Notes under the pieces: generated by a model
The model's input: the letters and a program-made list of their open reading frames with translations, nothing else
What the model was told of the DNA's origin: nothing
The model's database searches: none
Made by a program: the position numbers and the translations under genes
DNA from: an uncultured Candidatus Saccharibacteria bacterium
Lineage (GTDB): Bacteria; Patescibacteriota; Saccharimonadia; Saccharimonadales; JACQNP01
Direction of reading: 5' to 3'
NCBI GenBank assembly: GCA_964610775.1
Contig: CAZSZC010000002.1
Span: 33,600 to 97,599 of the forward strand
DNA length: 64,000 nucleotides
Shown here: piece by piece, positions 18,194 to 28,709 of the stretch
Position numbering within the stretch: position 1 is the stretch's first letter
Layout of the letters: each line of letters begins with the position of its first letter

Positions 18194-19611
18194 GAGACGA
18201 TCTCCTCTGCTTTATTTGCTAGTGCTAGTAATCGACGATCTTGATTGCTGGCCGCCATAAGCTGCAAGCCGACAGGAAGCCCATTGATATTACCGGCTGG
18301 TATACTTACGGCTGGTATACCCACTAGATTCGCTGCAACAGTCATAATGTCTGTTAAATACATCTGTAAAGGATCTTCATTAGCGCCAATTTCGAAAGCA
18401 GTATTAGGTGCAGTCGGTCCAACCAAAAAGTCGTTAGTCCTAAATGCTTTAGCGAATTCAGATATTAACTTAGTGCGTACCTGCTGAGCCCTACGATAGT
18501 AGGCATCGTAGTATCCGCTACTTAAAACATACGTACCAATCATAATCCTTCTTTTAGCCTCATGACCAAAACCTTCGCTCCGCGACCATAGATAACTTTG
18601 CTCAAGATCCTTAGCCTTTGAGCTTGAATAACCGAAACGCTGTCCATCATAACGACTAAGATTACTACTGACCTCAGCTGGCATTATGACGTAATAGCAA
18701 GCTAGTGCACTTGGAAGCGATGGTAGACTAACTTCTTTTACCTCACAACCAGCCGACTCTAGTTCCTTAATAGCTAGCTCCACTTTAACCTTTACATCGG
18801 GATCGAGCCCTTCACCGAAATATTCCTTAATGACTCCTATCCGAGTACCTTTAAGTGCAATACCTAGATCAGTGTAGCTGGTCTCCGGCCGTTCTATAGT
18901 AGTCCCATCTAACAAATCACGGCCCGCCATGCAATCAAGAACAAGCGCTGCATCTTCAACACTACGAGTCAAAGGACCAATAACATCAGTACTACTAGCC
19001 ATAGCTACTACGCCAGAACGCGACACCAAGCCATAAGTAGGCTTTAATCCAACCGCACCACAATATGCAGCAGGCAAACGTATCGATCCACCGGTATCAG
19101 TTCCAAGTGCGAATGGTGCCATATCAAGGACTACTGCTGCCGCCGAGCCACCAGATGAACCTCCGGGAACGCGTTGTTTATCATGTGGGTTTTTAGTAAC
19201 CATAAAATCGCTATTCTCTGTACTTGATCCGTGTGCGAAGGCGTCCAAATTAGCCTTAGCTACACATATAGCTCCTTCGGCCTCTAATTTTTCAATTGCT
19301 GTTGCTTGATATGGTGCCTCGAATCCTTTTAGCATATTGCTTGCAGCAGTGGTTTCTGACCCAAATGTAAGGAAGTTATCTTTAGCAATAAAAGGTACGC
19401 CAGCTAACCTACCAACTCTACCATTAGCCTTAATCTTATCATCTATATCTTGAGCGCGCTTTAGTGCTCGCTTTTCGGTAGTAGCGATAACTGCATTGTA
19501 TTCTTTGTGTTTTTCAATAGTATTTAGTGCTTGATTTACCAAAGCAACAGCCGAGTACTCACCAGATTTCACACCATCAGCTATTAAAGCAATAGATTTC
19601 CATTGACTCAC
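18190..19611 (-). CDS. gatA: Glu-tRNA(Gln) amidotransferase subunit A (amidase)
   Basis: 473 aa; amidase signature GGSSGGSAAAV and Ser-cisSer-Lys triad context. Confidence 0.9.
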   Translation of the reverse strand: MSQWKSIALIADGVKSGEYSAVALVNQALNTIEKHKEYNAVIATTEKRALKRAQDIDDKIKANGRVGRLAGVPFIAKDNFLTFGSETTAASNMLKGFEAPYQATAIEKLEAEGAICVAKANLDAFAHGSSTENSDFMVTKNPHDKQRVPGGSSGGSAAAVVLDMAPFALGTDTGGSIRLPAAYCGAVGLKPTYGLVSRSGVVAMASSTDVIGPLTRSVEDAALVLDCMAGRDLLDGTTIERPETSYTDLGIALKGTRIGVIKEYFGEGLDPDVKVKVELAIKELESAGCEVKEVSLPSLPSALACYYVIMPAEVSSNLSRYDGQRFGYSSSKAKDLEQSYLWSRSEGFGHEAKRRIMIGTYVLSSGYYDAYYRRAQQVRTKLISEFAKAFRTNDFLVGPTAPNTAFEIGANEDPLQMYLTDIMTVAANLVGIPAVSIPAGNINGLPVGLQLMAASNQDRRLLALANKAEEIVS

Positions 19612-19901
19612 TACAGCATTCTCCGTACTTTTATATAGCCTTTTTCTGTTCTGGGTACATTCTTTAACAAAGATTCCTTATCAAGACCATAATCAATTAC
19701 TTCATCAGGCCTGGTGACGGTATGTAGGCCAGTAACCTGATAAGTTGGCTCTATTCGATCAACGTCTACATTCTGAAGTTGAGTTGCATACTCCAATATA
19801 GCGCTTACTTCCTTCTGAAAGCGCACAATTTCATCTTCACTCAAATGCAAACGGGCTAAACGAGCCAAATTTAATATATCTTCGCGTGTGAGTTTCGCCA
19901 T
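19611..19901 (-). CDS. gatC: Glu-tRNA(Gln) amidotransferase subunit C
   Basis: 96 aa; LTREDILNLARLARL start typical of GatC; 1-nt overlap with gatA. Confidence 0.8.
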   Translation of the reverse strand: MAKLTREDILNLARLARLHLSEDEIVRFQKEVSAILEYATQLQNVDVDRIEPTYQVTGLHTVTRPDEVIDYGLDKESLLKNVPRTEKGYIKVRRML

Positions 19902-19994
19902 TTATAATTATTATACACCGATGTTAAACATTTAAGTTGCAGTTTTTAGAAAAAGTTCTATCATTAAGGTAAGCATTGAAATAGGACACAAACA

Positions 19995-21125
19995 ATGTCA
20001 AACACCGGGGAACGCGATCCAATAGACTTTATGCCAGACGGCTGGCGTCTACAATTAGTCCCAGAAATAGACAAGACACTACAAACACCCACAGAAGACG
20101 AAGTGGGTGTTTTTGATTTTTATGAGAGAGTCGAGTGGCTAAAAGCCAGTGCTGGTTTCCGTGAAAAGCCCACCCTGCTGTCGCAAGAATCATTTGTTGG
20201 TGGCTACTTAAAAAGATACGGCTTTGTCACCAATCTTGGCTACACCTATGATGCTACGGTTGGCATACCACTTAATCCCGCCACAAATATACCAACTCTT
20301 CAGACGAGCGCATGGGTAACTAGTAGTCACGGACACAACGAACATACATTGAGAAGGTTTGTAGAATCGGGATCACCTTTTATATTCGTTGGGCCAGAGG
20401 GAAGTTATAGACCAAATAGTAAATACCCAATACCAAAAGATGGTATCTCATTAGCAAGCTCAGCCGCAGCAGTACTTAACTTTAGTAAAGAAATATCTTT
20501 TGGCCACCAATACGACTTTGATCCAGCACTTCGTAGCGTGATCGGTGAGTCTAGGGGAGCTATGACTGCTATGGGAATACTGGCTTTGGATAGTGTATTT
20601 AATCAGGAAGTTATATTTGCCGACCTTACAGCTCCATGTTTCCCGCGTAAAGCCGAAATTCGTGATATTTTAAAACTATCAGGCCACCTAATAAGTGAAC
20701 CCAGATCCATACTCAAACTTGCCGGAAAACTAGGTCTATCAAGACTCATTCACTATCCATCAACAATAGATCCACATCCCTACTCTTTGGCGCATCAGAT
20801 AGCAATGGGCCCTGCACTTTTCAGTGGCGAAGCGGGGGACTTAGCGAGACTTATATCTAATGATAAGGTGTTACACATAACCTGCTTTGACGACGACTTC
20901 GCATCGATGCCTAAAGTGTGGAAAGATATTTTTGAAAACCATAATGATGTTCGAATTACTTTACTAGAAGGAAGCCATCTAACAATTGCAGATCCTGAAA
21001 CTCTGAAATACCTCGTGGCAAGAAACATGGCATTAAGACAACAGTTAGCATCGAATAGCAATCAAAACATAGATGGTCAAGCTATATTTGATTATGCCCA
21101 CCATATAGTGGACACAATTAGTTAA
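19995..21125 (+). CDS. alpha/beta-hydrolase-like protein (putative esterase), hypothetical
   Basis: 376 aa; GESRG nucleophile-elbow (GxSxG) motif; otherwise unrecognised. Confidence 0.5.
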   Translation: MSNTGERDPIDFMPDGWRLQLVPEIDKTLQTPTEDEVGVFDFYERVEWLKASAGFREKPTLLSQESFVGGYLKRYGFVTNLGYTYDATVGIPLNPATNIPTLQTSAWVTSSHGHNEHTLRRFVESGSPFIFVGPEGSYRPNSKYPIPKDGISLASSAAAVLNFSKEISFGHQYDFDPALRSVIGESRGAMTAMGILALDSVFNQEVIFADLTAPCFPRKAEIRDILKLSGHLISEPRSILKLAGKLGLSRLIHYPSTIDPHPYSLAHQIAMGPALFSGEAGDLARLISNDKVLHITCFDDDFASMPKVWKDIFENHNDVRITLLEGSHLTIADPETLKYLVARNMALRQQLASNSNQNIDGQAIFDYAHHIVDTIS

Positions 21126-21954
21126 GCCTTACCGAAGCTTGACTGACGTCATTTTGGTCAGGGCCTCTAAACGGCCTCGAATAGCGATCTATTTCACCTC
21201 CATCAGAAGAAATACGTACCAAATCCCCACTCCATCCTTCCCATACCAAGGCAAAATCAGCATCTTTTTCAGTAGCAAGATATAAGCGCTTGCCGTCGTT
21301 TGAAAATCGACTTTCGAAGTTTTCGAATGGTCGATGAAAGTGGCCATTAATTAATAGTTTATTTAATCCACTTAGTGCAACGTTTTCGTCAACCAAAATT
21401 TCAACATCCTGTATCTGTTCTGGTATATAACTCCCCTCAATATAGTATCGATTATCATTTAGCCGGACATCGTTACGATACTCAAGTTGCTCTCTCTGTG
21501 ACCGCCAATCTTCCGAAGTAACTCCACCATGTATCACAAGCACGTCTTCAGTTTCAAAAAACATATCTGCACCAAGCAAGAGGTCCTTATGGTTATTAGG
21601 CATCTTGTCAATAAGTCTTAGGGCATTAGCTGGCGAAGCCAAATCAGGGTAAACGCCATAGGAAGACAACACTCTGTCATGAACTCTAGGCCATAACGAA
21701 GCAGCAAAGTCATAACGAACCGATTCATCAGTCTCAAAAGTAGTACCGAGTAGACCCCACTCGTGATTACCAAGAATTAAGAGAGCACCGATATCACAGA
21801 CTGCCTGAATTGCACCTTTTGAGTTATTCCCATCCAGTATATCGCCATCGATTATAAGCCTTTTACTAGACCTGTAGAAATCATCAATGGCATAAAGTAA
21901 CTCTGGTCGTCCATGGTTATCTGAAACTACTACTATCTGATCCAAATTGGTCAT
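21118..21954 (-). CDS. calcineurin-like metallophosphoesterase
   Basis: 278 aa; VVSDNHG, GDILDG, GNHEW motifs of the metallophosphoesterase fold; 8-nt convergent overlap with the previous gene. Confidence 0.7.
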   Translation of the reverse strand: MTNLDQIVVVSDNHGRPELLYAIDDFYRSSKRLIIDGDILDGNNSKGAIQAVCDIGALLILGNHEWGLLGTTFETDESVRYDFAASLWPRVHDRVLSSYGVYPDLASPANALRLIDKMPNNHKDLLLGADMFFETEDVLVIHGGVTSEDWRSQREQLEYRNDVRLNDNRYYIEGSYIPEQIQDVEILVDENVALSGLNKLLINGHFHRPFENFESRFSNDGKRLYLATEKDADFALVWEGWSGDLVRISSDGGEIDRYSRPFRGPDQNDVSQASVRLN

Positions 21955-22006
21955 AGCAAATTAGTTATACGCCTTTATTTGCCAAAATTCAATGAATATT
22001 TTTTCA

Positions 22007-23971
22007 CTAAAGTTTTGATTGGATATCCGAAATTATATCTCGCAGCTCGGCGGCCTTTTCAAATTCTAAATTAGCCGCTGCTAAGTCCATTTGACCTGTC
22101 AGGTCTTTAATCAATTGACCGTATTCGTCCTTGGGTATTTTCTTGAGATTAAGCTTGGCTCGTTTGACTTCTTCCGGCAGATCAGGTCGCATACCTTTTT
22201 CGATGGTTTTTGCGATACCCTTAGGTGATATACCGTGCTTTTTATTATATTCTTCTTGCACCTTGCGACGACGAGTTGTCTCATCAATAGTTCGTTGCAT
22301 ACTACCAGTAACATGATCGGCATACATAATAACTCGACCCTCCTGATGACGAGCAGCCCTACCTACAGTCTGAATTAAAGCCTGTTCGCTTCGCAAGAAT
22401 CCCTCTTTGTCGGCATCCAAAATAGCAACCAAACTAACCTCGGGCAAGTCTAGCCCTTCCCTTAGTAGATTAATTCCGACTACAACATCGTAAGTACCTA
22501 GCCGAAGATCTCGCAAAATGTCTGTCCGATCAAGCGTGTCAACATCACTATGAAGATAGGCAACTTTGACCCCCAGTTCTTTCAAATAATCCGTTAAATC
22601 CTCGGACATACGCTTAGTGAGAGTAGTAACTAGCACACGTTGATGCTTGGAAACCGTATCTCTAATTTCGTCTATAAGGTCATCAACTTGCCCATCAACA
22701 GGACGCACGTCTATCGGTGGATCAAGAAGACCTGTAGGACGAATAACTTGTTCTACAGGTGCTGGTGAACGCGACAACTCATATTCAGCTGGCGTAGCAC
22801 TTACGTAGACTACTTTATTAACATGTTTCTCAAACTCAGTGAATGTCAGTGGACGATTATCGAGGGCGCTTGGTAATCGAAAACCATGCTCCACCAGCAC
22901 CTCTTTACGCGCACGATCGCCGTTATACATACCACGCAATTGCGGAATAGTCATATGAGATTCGTCGACAAACATCAAATAGTCATCTGGGAAATAATCT
23001 AGTAACGTAGCTGGCTGTTCGCCTGGCTCGCGATGGGTAAGATAACGACTATAATTCTCGATACCCTTTACAAAACCCGTCTCTTCCATCATTTCGATAT
23101 CAAAACGAGCCCGCTGCTGCAAGCGCTGTGCCTCCAGCAACAAGCCGTGCTTTTTAAAGTAGGCAAGTCTATCGTCTAGCTCCTTCTCGATTTCAATTAT
23201 CGCAAACTTAAGCTTGTCCTGAGGTGTTACATAATGACTGCTTGGAAATATCTTTAGCGTACTAAGTTTGCCAAGCACTTCGCCAGTTAATGGATCAAGT
23301 CGAATTATTCTTTCAATTTCATCACCGAAAAGTTCAATCCTGTAGGCTAATTCTTCTCCTGCCGGAAATACATCAATAACGTCACCCCTTACCCGAAATG
23401 TTCCTCGATGAAAATCAATATCATTGCGTTGATATTGTATATCTGTTAGTTGCCTAAGAAGTTTGTCCCTAACGCGTCGCTCTCCAACACTAAGCTTAAC
23501 TGCCATAGAATCATAGTCATCAACCGAACCAATACCATATATACAACTTACGCTAGCCACAATTATCACATCACGACGCGATAATAACGAGTCAGTAGCT
23601 GCATGGCGTAGTCGATCAATCTCTTCATTAATCTGACTATCTTTTTCGATATATGTGTCGCTCCGAGGTATATATGCCTCGGGCTGGTAATAGTCGAAAT
23701 AACTTACAAAATAGTGAACCGCGTTATTTGGGAAGAATTGCTTGAATTCACCGTAGAGTTGAGCTGCTAAAGTTTTGTTATGACTCAAAATAAGCGTTGG
23801 TTTCTGCTGCGCCTGTATCACGTTTGCCATCGTGAAAGTTTTACCCGACCCAGTAACACCGAGTAAAGTCTGTTCTTTTACATTAGCCTCAAGTTGACTA
23901 ACTAACCGCTTAATTGCCTTTGGCTGATCTCCAGTTGGCTTGTAATCACTCTTTAACTTAAAATGGGCCAT
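22007..23971 (-). CDS. uvrB: excinuclease ABC subunit B
   Basis: 654 aa; [10 protein letters not shown] Walker A, helicase motifs, C-terminal UVR domain ([13 protein letters not shown]). Confidence 0.95.
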   Translation of the reverse strand: MAHFKLKSDYKPTGDQPKAIKRLVSQLEANVKEQTLLGVTGSGKTFTMANVIQAQQKPTLILSHNKTLAAQLYGEFKQFFPNNAVHYFVSYFDYYQPEAYIPRSDTYIEKDSQINEEIDRLRHAATDSLLSRRDVIIVASVSCIYGIGSVDDYDSMAVKLSVGERRVRDKLLRQLTDIQYQRNDIDFHRGTFRVRGDVIDVFPAGEELAYRIELFGDEIERIIRLDPLTGEVLGKLSTLKIFPSSHYVTPQDKLKFAIIEIEKELDDRLAYFKKHGLLLEAQRLQQRARFDIEMMEETGFVKGIENYSRYLTHREPGEQPATLLDYFPDDYLMFVDESHMTIPQLRGMYNGDRARKEVLVEHGFRLPSALDNRPLTFTEFEKHVNKVVYVSATPAEYELSRSPAPVEQVIRPTGLLDPPIDVRPVDGQVDDLIDEIRDTVSKHQRVLVTTLTKRMSEDLTDYLKELGVKVAYLHSDVDTLDRTDILRDLRLGTYDVVVGINLLREGLDLPEVSLVAILDADKEGFLRSEQALIQTVGRAARHQEGRVIMYADHVTGSMQRTIDETTRRRKVQEEYNKKHGISPKGIAKTIEKGMRPDLPEEVKRAKLNLKKIPKDEYGQLIKDLTGQMDLAAANLEFEKAAELRDIISDIQSKL

Positions 23972-23989
23972 CTAACTATTGTATCAAGC

Positions 23990-24631
23990 TTAGCCCTTAC
24001 GGTCTTTACTGTGCTTTATTATGGGTCGCCCGTACTCATCACAGTCATCATTGAGATACCAACAAGCTGCAAGAACTTTAGTATCCATGTCTTTGTAATC
24101 TCGGTCTAGTCTAGAAATAACTTTTTCAACTAACTTTTCTGGGTCACTATCATAGATAACATTATCTCGATTAACCCCTTCAAGATTTTCCATCAAAATC
24201 TCTATCATATCTGCAGTTCCATCACTACCGGTTAAAATACCGCATATAGTATTGCTCTCCAAAGCCGTCGTGAATTCATGAAGACTTCCCATACGCCCAC
24301 CAATCGTAATAACAGCATCACTAGACAATACAAGATAGGCATCACGACCAACGTAATTAAGGCCTGTGTAATTAACAAAATCAAATATACCTATTGGCAG
24401 ACGATACTTAAAGATATGTTCACGAAGTGTTGATGCCGGTGAGAAGCCAATGCTTAGTCCGCCTTCAAGCTTAGCAGCTCGAGCAGCGTAGTAGGGTAAG
24501 CCAATCGTAGCCCCGGTGGTAATTATGTGACCATTTTTCGCGATTGCAGCACCAAGCCTTGCAGCTAAATCTTTATCCTTTTCAACCGTCTTGCCTGCCG
24601 CTGCACCAGATACACATATAGAGTAATTCAT
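23990..24631 (-). CDS. LOG / TIGR00725-family Rossmann-fold nucleotide-binding protein
   Basis: 213 aa; GGRMGSLHEF resembles the GGGxGTxxE motif of LOG-family proteins. Confidence 0.55.
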   Translation of the reverse strand: MNYSICVSGAAAGKTVEKDKDLAARLGAAIAKNGHIITTGATIGLPYYAARAAKLEGGLSIGFSPASTLREHIFKYRLPIGIFDFVNYTGLNYVGRDAYLVLSSDAVITIGGRMGSLHEFTTALESNTICGILTGSDGTADMIEILMENLEGVNRDNVIYDSDPEKLVEKVISRLDRDYKDMDTKVLAACWYLNDDCDEYGRPIIKHSKDRKG

Positions 24632-24686
24632 ATCGATTAAGCTTTTCCCTTTGAGAATATTGTACGGGTTTTAAGATAATTTGCCA

Positions 24687-25931
24687 CTATATATCCCCCA
24701 CCACCTGATCTGACTCCAACTGAGACTTAACCTGGTAATTGAGGGCGTCTGTACCCAAATACCTTATAAATAGCTCGTTCCATAAACTATTTTGCATATG
24801 TCCATAAGTACGAGATGGGTAGCTTATATTGTTAATTAAGTTAACAGCAACATCCATCAAATTAAAGCTAATTGGAGCACCGTCTCTTACTACACCCACA
24901 AAGTCCATTCCAGCCCAGAAATGCAGTGCTGGCTCAATCTTATATAAAATATCTTCAGCCTTCCGCGCAAAAAGATCTTCGGGACGAATATGAGGTTCAA
25001 AAAAGTCTGGATGACTATCTGTGTCTTGGTTGCCATAGTAATTGTGAATAACTCGCCAATGCAAATGCTGACCAGCCATATTAATATGCCGGGCTGGATC
25101 GCGATTTATTGTGTCAGATATAATGCTGCCAAATTGCGGTTTAACTTGCTGTAGTTTGAAATACGAACTATATGCTCTTACCTCGTTAAGGTAGAACAGC
25201 AAACGAGGAAGTAAAGTTATTGTTACACCATCGAGGTGAGTCATAGGAAGCGGCAATAACGCAACTACACCCATCTCTTTCAAATGAGTGATATTTTGAT
25301 GTTTTTTTTCCACAAACTTAAAGGTTTGATTTCCCCACTTACGACCATCAAGCAATAAGAATGCTACATCGCGAGTTTCGAAATCGTTTGGCTGCAGATT
25401 ACTGTATTTCTTCACAAATGCGCGCTGCCAATCTAATGTCTCAATGAAGCGCACACCTATCATCAATTCATCAATATTTTCTCGTTTGAGTAATGAGTCT
25501 ACAGATCTATAGCCCAATTGCTTCATAACTTTCTTTGGTGGAGTAGATTTCAGCAACCTTTTTATGACACTATGCTTAATAACCCAAACCGATTTAGGTA
25601 TATTTATAACTTCAACGAAATGCTTAATTCTAGGTAGAAGATCGGCAATATCTCCTGTGTTGCTGCCGCCTAACCTTTTTACGAGAAACTTGTCATGTAG
25701 TGCAGCCAGATCAAGTAAGCCGTAATATAACTCTTCGCCGGTCGTATCATCGGGGTCAAAGCCTAAGGCTCTAGTATGCATGTGAACTTTGGCAATAATC
25801 TCGGCAGTCAGTGCTACATCAATACCCAGACCACCACTAGCCTGCTCGAGTTGTTGTACTTGCAGGCTAAAAAGTTGTTCCGCACTACCCACCAAATGGG
25901 ACAACATTTTGGACATATATACCACAAGCAT
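24687..25931 (-). CDS. hypothetical protein (414 aa), no recognisable family
   Basis: Long ORF, His-rich C-terminal third; true start may be the internal MSKML (residue 6 of the caller's ORF). Confidence 0.5.
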   Translation of the reverse strand: MLVVYMSKMLSHLVGSAEQLFSLQVQQLEQASGGLGIDVALTAEIIAKVHMHTRALGFDPDDTTGEELYYGLLDLAALHDKFLVKRLGGSNTGDIADLLPRIKHFVEVINIPKSVWVIKHSVIKRLLKSTPPKKVMKQLGYRSVDSLLKRENIDELMIGVRFIETLDWQRAFVKKYSNLQPNDFETRDVAFLLLDGRKWGNQTFKFVEKKHQNITHLKEMGVVALLPLPMTHLDGVTITLLPRLLFYLNEVRAYSSYFKLQQVKPQFGSIISDTINRDPARHINMAGQHLHWRVIHNYYGNQDTDSHPDFFEPHIRPEDLFARKAEDILYKIEPALHFWAGMDFVGVVRDGAPISFNLMDVAVNLINNISYPSRTYGHMQNSLWNELFIRYLGTDALNYQVKSQLESDQVVGDI

Positions 25932-25963
25932 AACACCGGTACAGTCCTAGGTAAAGCTTATGC

Positions 25964-26707
25964 TTGCACCAGCTGCTAAAATTCTTTAAAGTCACAGTAA
26001 TGTCCGCAGTTGAAGTCATAGAACCACCTATTTTGCATGAGCCCAGTCATTACGTAGCAATCGAGGCCGCTAATCACTTTAATAAAGCCGATAGATTATC
26101 TGATTGGCGAGGTAAAGTAGTGTGTTTACTGGGACCAGCCATAGCCTGTTTACCAGACAACCCAATTACCTGCGGCATTACACTTCACGGCATCGATACA
26201 GATAGGCGAGATGGCCGAAGGGCTCGCATGGGCGCAGCCCTACTTGGACCGAACGCAACAACAACTAAAGAAGGCGCAGCCAAAGATCATGAGAATGACA
26301 AAGAATTTGTAAATAACCTATTACCTGCTATTGCTGCAAAAGACATTGTTAGTGGTCGAAGAATCACTGCCGCTATAGTGACTAGTGCTGCCTTAATTAA
26401 CGTAAAACGTGACGAAAAAATGGCTAGTACTCGAGCAATGGCAAGCAAATATGGACTAGATACAAAAGCTATATTTATAAACAAATTTAAAACTGGTAGC
26501 ATTATGGCTGGCATAGGCCTCGATACAGTTCCTTTATATGGTAGATTTAAAAAATACGAGCGAATCAAGCCCATAGTACGAACAGCATTAATAGCTGGTG
26601 GGGTTGCAATTGGTGTTATAGGTCAAAGAGTGTATGAAAAACAGGTTCAGGAACAATTGCCAGAACACTCAAAAACAAAATTAAATAGATACTTTAATCC
26701 TTATTAG
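25964..26707 (+). CDS. hypothetical protein with C-terminal TM helix (about 235-247 aa)
   Basis: ORF divergent from the previous gene; start possibly at MSAVEV (26000); C-terminal hydrophobic helix (IVRTALIAGGVAIGVIG). Confidence 0.45.
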   Translation: MHQLLKFFKVTVMSAVEVIEPPILHEPSHYVAIEAANHFNKADRLSDWRGKVVCLLGPAIACLPDNPITCGITLHGIDTDRRDGRRARMGAALLGPNATTTKEGAAKDHENDKEFVNNLLPAIAAKDIVSGRRITAAIVTSAALINVKRDEKMASTRAMASKYGLDTKAIFINKFKTGSIMAGIGLDTVPLYGRFKKYERIKPIVRTALIAGGVAIGVIGQRVYEKQVQEQLPEHSKTKLNRYFNPY

Positions 26708-26714
26708 TCTTGGC

Positions 26715-27716
26715 CTAGAATTTTTCCGGGCGATACCACTCAGGAGCCTGCTTCAAGAAATCTTCTAACTGATCTTCGGTTAGTAACCCTTCTTGAGCAC
26801 CAGTATGCTGTACAACATTCATGGAATTAATTGGCGCCATCTGTAGTGCGCCTTCAACAGTGTTCCCCTTAATAAGTGACGCAACAAAGGTGCTAGCAAA
26901 CGCATCACCAGCCCCTGTGCGCTCAAATGGTGGTGCAGGATCAGGATAAGGTGGCATCTTGAAGCGATTATGACCATCGCTAGCATAAGCTCCAGCAGGT
27001 CCGTCCGTAAGACAAACTACCTTAGGGCCAATGCCATGCAATTTATCTATCAAGCCATGTACGTCATCATAATTACCACCAGTGACCTGAACCGCTTCTT
27101 CCCTATTTAATACAAGTACTTCTGTGCGTTGATATAGTCTGCTGAGGCGATCAACTCCTGCTTCTAGTTGGAAAGTGCCTGGCTGAAAGGCGAGTTTAAC
27201 ATCAGGATTATCTTGTAACCAATCCGAAACCTTATCATGGTAGCTGTCCAACGCATTCTTGCTTATCGAGCTGAAGTAAACCCACTTTGGGATGTCGGTT
27301 GACCGAAATCTTGGCCAATGATAATCATACTCTTCGTGCTTGATAAGAATTGTTCGCTCTTCCTTGTACCAAAGTACGTAGTGATAATTACTAATCTTGC
27401 CCGGGTTAATGTGAACAAACCTGTTGTCGACTTTTTTCTTATGCAGCGCGTTTATTATATCGCGACCAAACTGATCATCACCAACATTAGATATTAAACC
27501 GCTTTTAAGTCCTAATTTCGACAAACTAACTGCGGCATTAGCGGCGTTGCCGACTGCTTCAATAACTTCAGCATGATCAAATGGTACTTTCATACCAAAA
27601 GGCATGGCCAGCCATTTGCCCTGTTCGTTTTCGTAAGTCATCGCCCGATCGTCAAGCAACTTAATAAAGGCATCGGTCACAACATCACCTATGCAAAGTA
27701 CATCTATTTGACTCAT
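26715..27716 (-). CDS. PfkB-family carbohydrate/nucleoside kinase
   Basis: 333 aa; N-terminal GDVVTD and the C-terminal TGAGDAFASTF PfkB signature. Confidence 0.75.
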   Translation of the reverse strand: MSQIDVLCIGDVVTDAFIKLLDDRAMTYENEQGKWLAMPFGMKVPFDHAEVIEAVGNAANAAVSLSKLGLKSGLISNVGDDQFGRDIINALHKKKVDNRFVHINPGKISNYHYVLWYKEERTILIKHEEYDYHWPRFRSTDIPKWVYFSSISKNALDSYHDKVSDWLQDNPDVKLAFQPGTFQLEAGVDRLSRLYQRTEVLVLNREEAVQVTGGNYDDVHGLIDKLHGIGPKVVCLTDGPAGAYASDGHNRFKMPPYPDPAPPFERTGAGDAFASTFVASLIKGNTVEGALQMAPINSMNVVQHTGAQEGLLTEDQLEDFLKQAPEWYRPEKF

Positions 27717-27785
27717 CCCACCGCTCTTTCTGTATAAATGCTTATGGTTTTATGATATTGTGCCATACCAATCATGTGAGTTCAA

Positions 27786-28697
27786 CTAAACTTTGGCTTT
27801 ACCCACCGCGTTAAACAAATCTAATTTCTCTTCAACCACTAACTGGACGGCACTAATAACTTCACCCATGAGCTTAACTACTGCGTATTCTGATGGATTT
27901 TCCTTAAGTACTTTTTCTAGAGTGTTTCGGTAAGCTACCCGCATATCACTATTTATATTAATCTTGCTAACACCTACTTTTACTGCTTCTTGAAAATAAA
28001 ATCCTGGCGTTCCACTGCCACCATGAAGCGAAATATTACAAGTTGTAGCCTTTCTAAGATCTCTAAGTAAATCAATATCAAGCTTCTTAGGAACAGGATA
28101 CTTGCCATGCAAATTACCGATGGCTGCCGCATATGTATCTATGCCCGTAGCTTCCACAAACGACCTCATATCTTCTGGTGTACTAAAAGTCTTCTTTATC
28201 TCATTGTAGTCAATTTTTTCAGTATGAAGATTTGATGAACCACCAAAGTAGTGTGGTTCACTCTCAACAATAGCGCCAGTTAGTCGTGCATATTCAACTA
28301 CTTGACGTGTTTCAGTAATAATCTCATCTAAAGTAGCGTCTCGACGAGCCTGGCTTATATCGATATGAATAAACTCAAAACCAGCCTCAATACCAGCAAT
28401 AGCAGCAGCTACTGTTGGACTATGATCAAGATTAATGTAGATCTCGATACCTAATTCTTGTTTATAGTTGTCGACCATGTCTCGAACATTTTCAAGCCCC
28501 AAAGCATCAACTTCACCCTGACTAACCTCTACCATCAATGGAGCCTGCTTAGCTGCCGCTGCTCGTGCGATAGCTATAAGCGTATCCTGGTTATCAATAT
28601 TAAACGCGCCTAAGGCGAAATGCTCAGTACGTGCCCTGTGCATAGCATCACGGGCCTGCTGACAATTTCTTCTCATTTGTTCCAAGCTTAATGCCAC
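27786..28697 (-). CDS. fba: class II fructose/tagatose-bisphosphate aldolase
   Basis: 303 aa; LDHS...IHIDIS, HGGSG, GNLHGKY-type class II aldolase motifs. Confidence 0.8.
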   Translation of the reverse strand: MALSLEQMRRNCQQARDAMHRARTEHFALGAFNIDNQDTLIAIARAAAAKQAPLMVEVSQGEVDALGLENVRDMVDNYKQELGIEIYINLDHSPTVAAAIAGIEAGFEFIHIDISQARRDATLDEIITETRQVVEYARLTGAIVESEPHYFGGSSNLHTEKIDYNEIKKTFSTPEDMRSFVEATGIDTYAAAIGNLHGKYPVPKKLDIDLLRDLRKATTCNISLHGGSGTPGFYFQEAVKVGVSKININSDMRVAYRNTLEKVLKENPSEYAVVKLMGEVISAVQLVVEEKLDLFNAVGKAKV

Positions 28698-28709
28698 AAC
28701 TCTCTCCTT

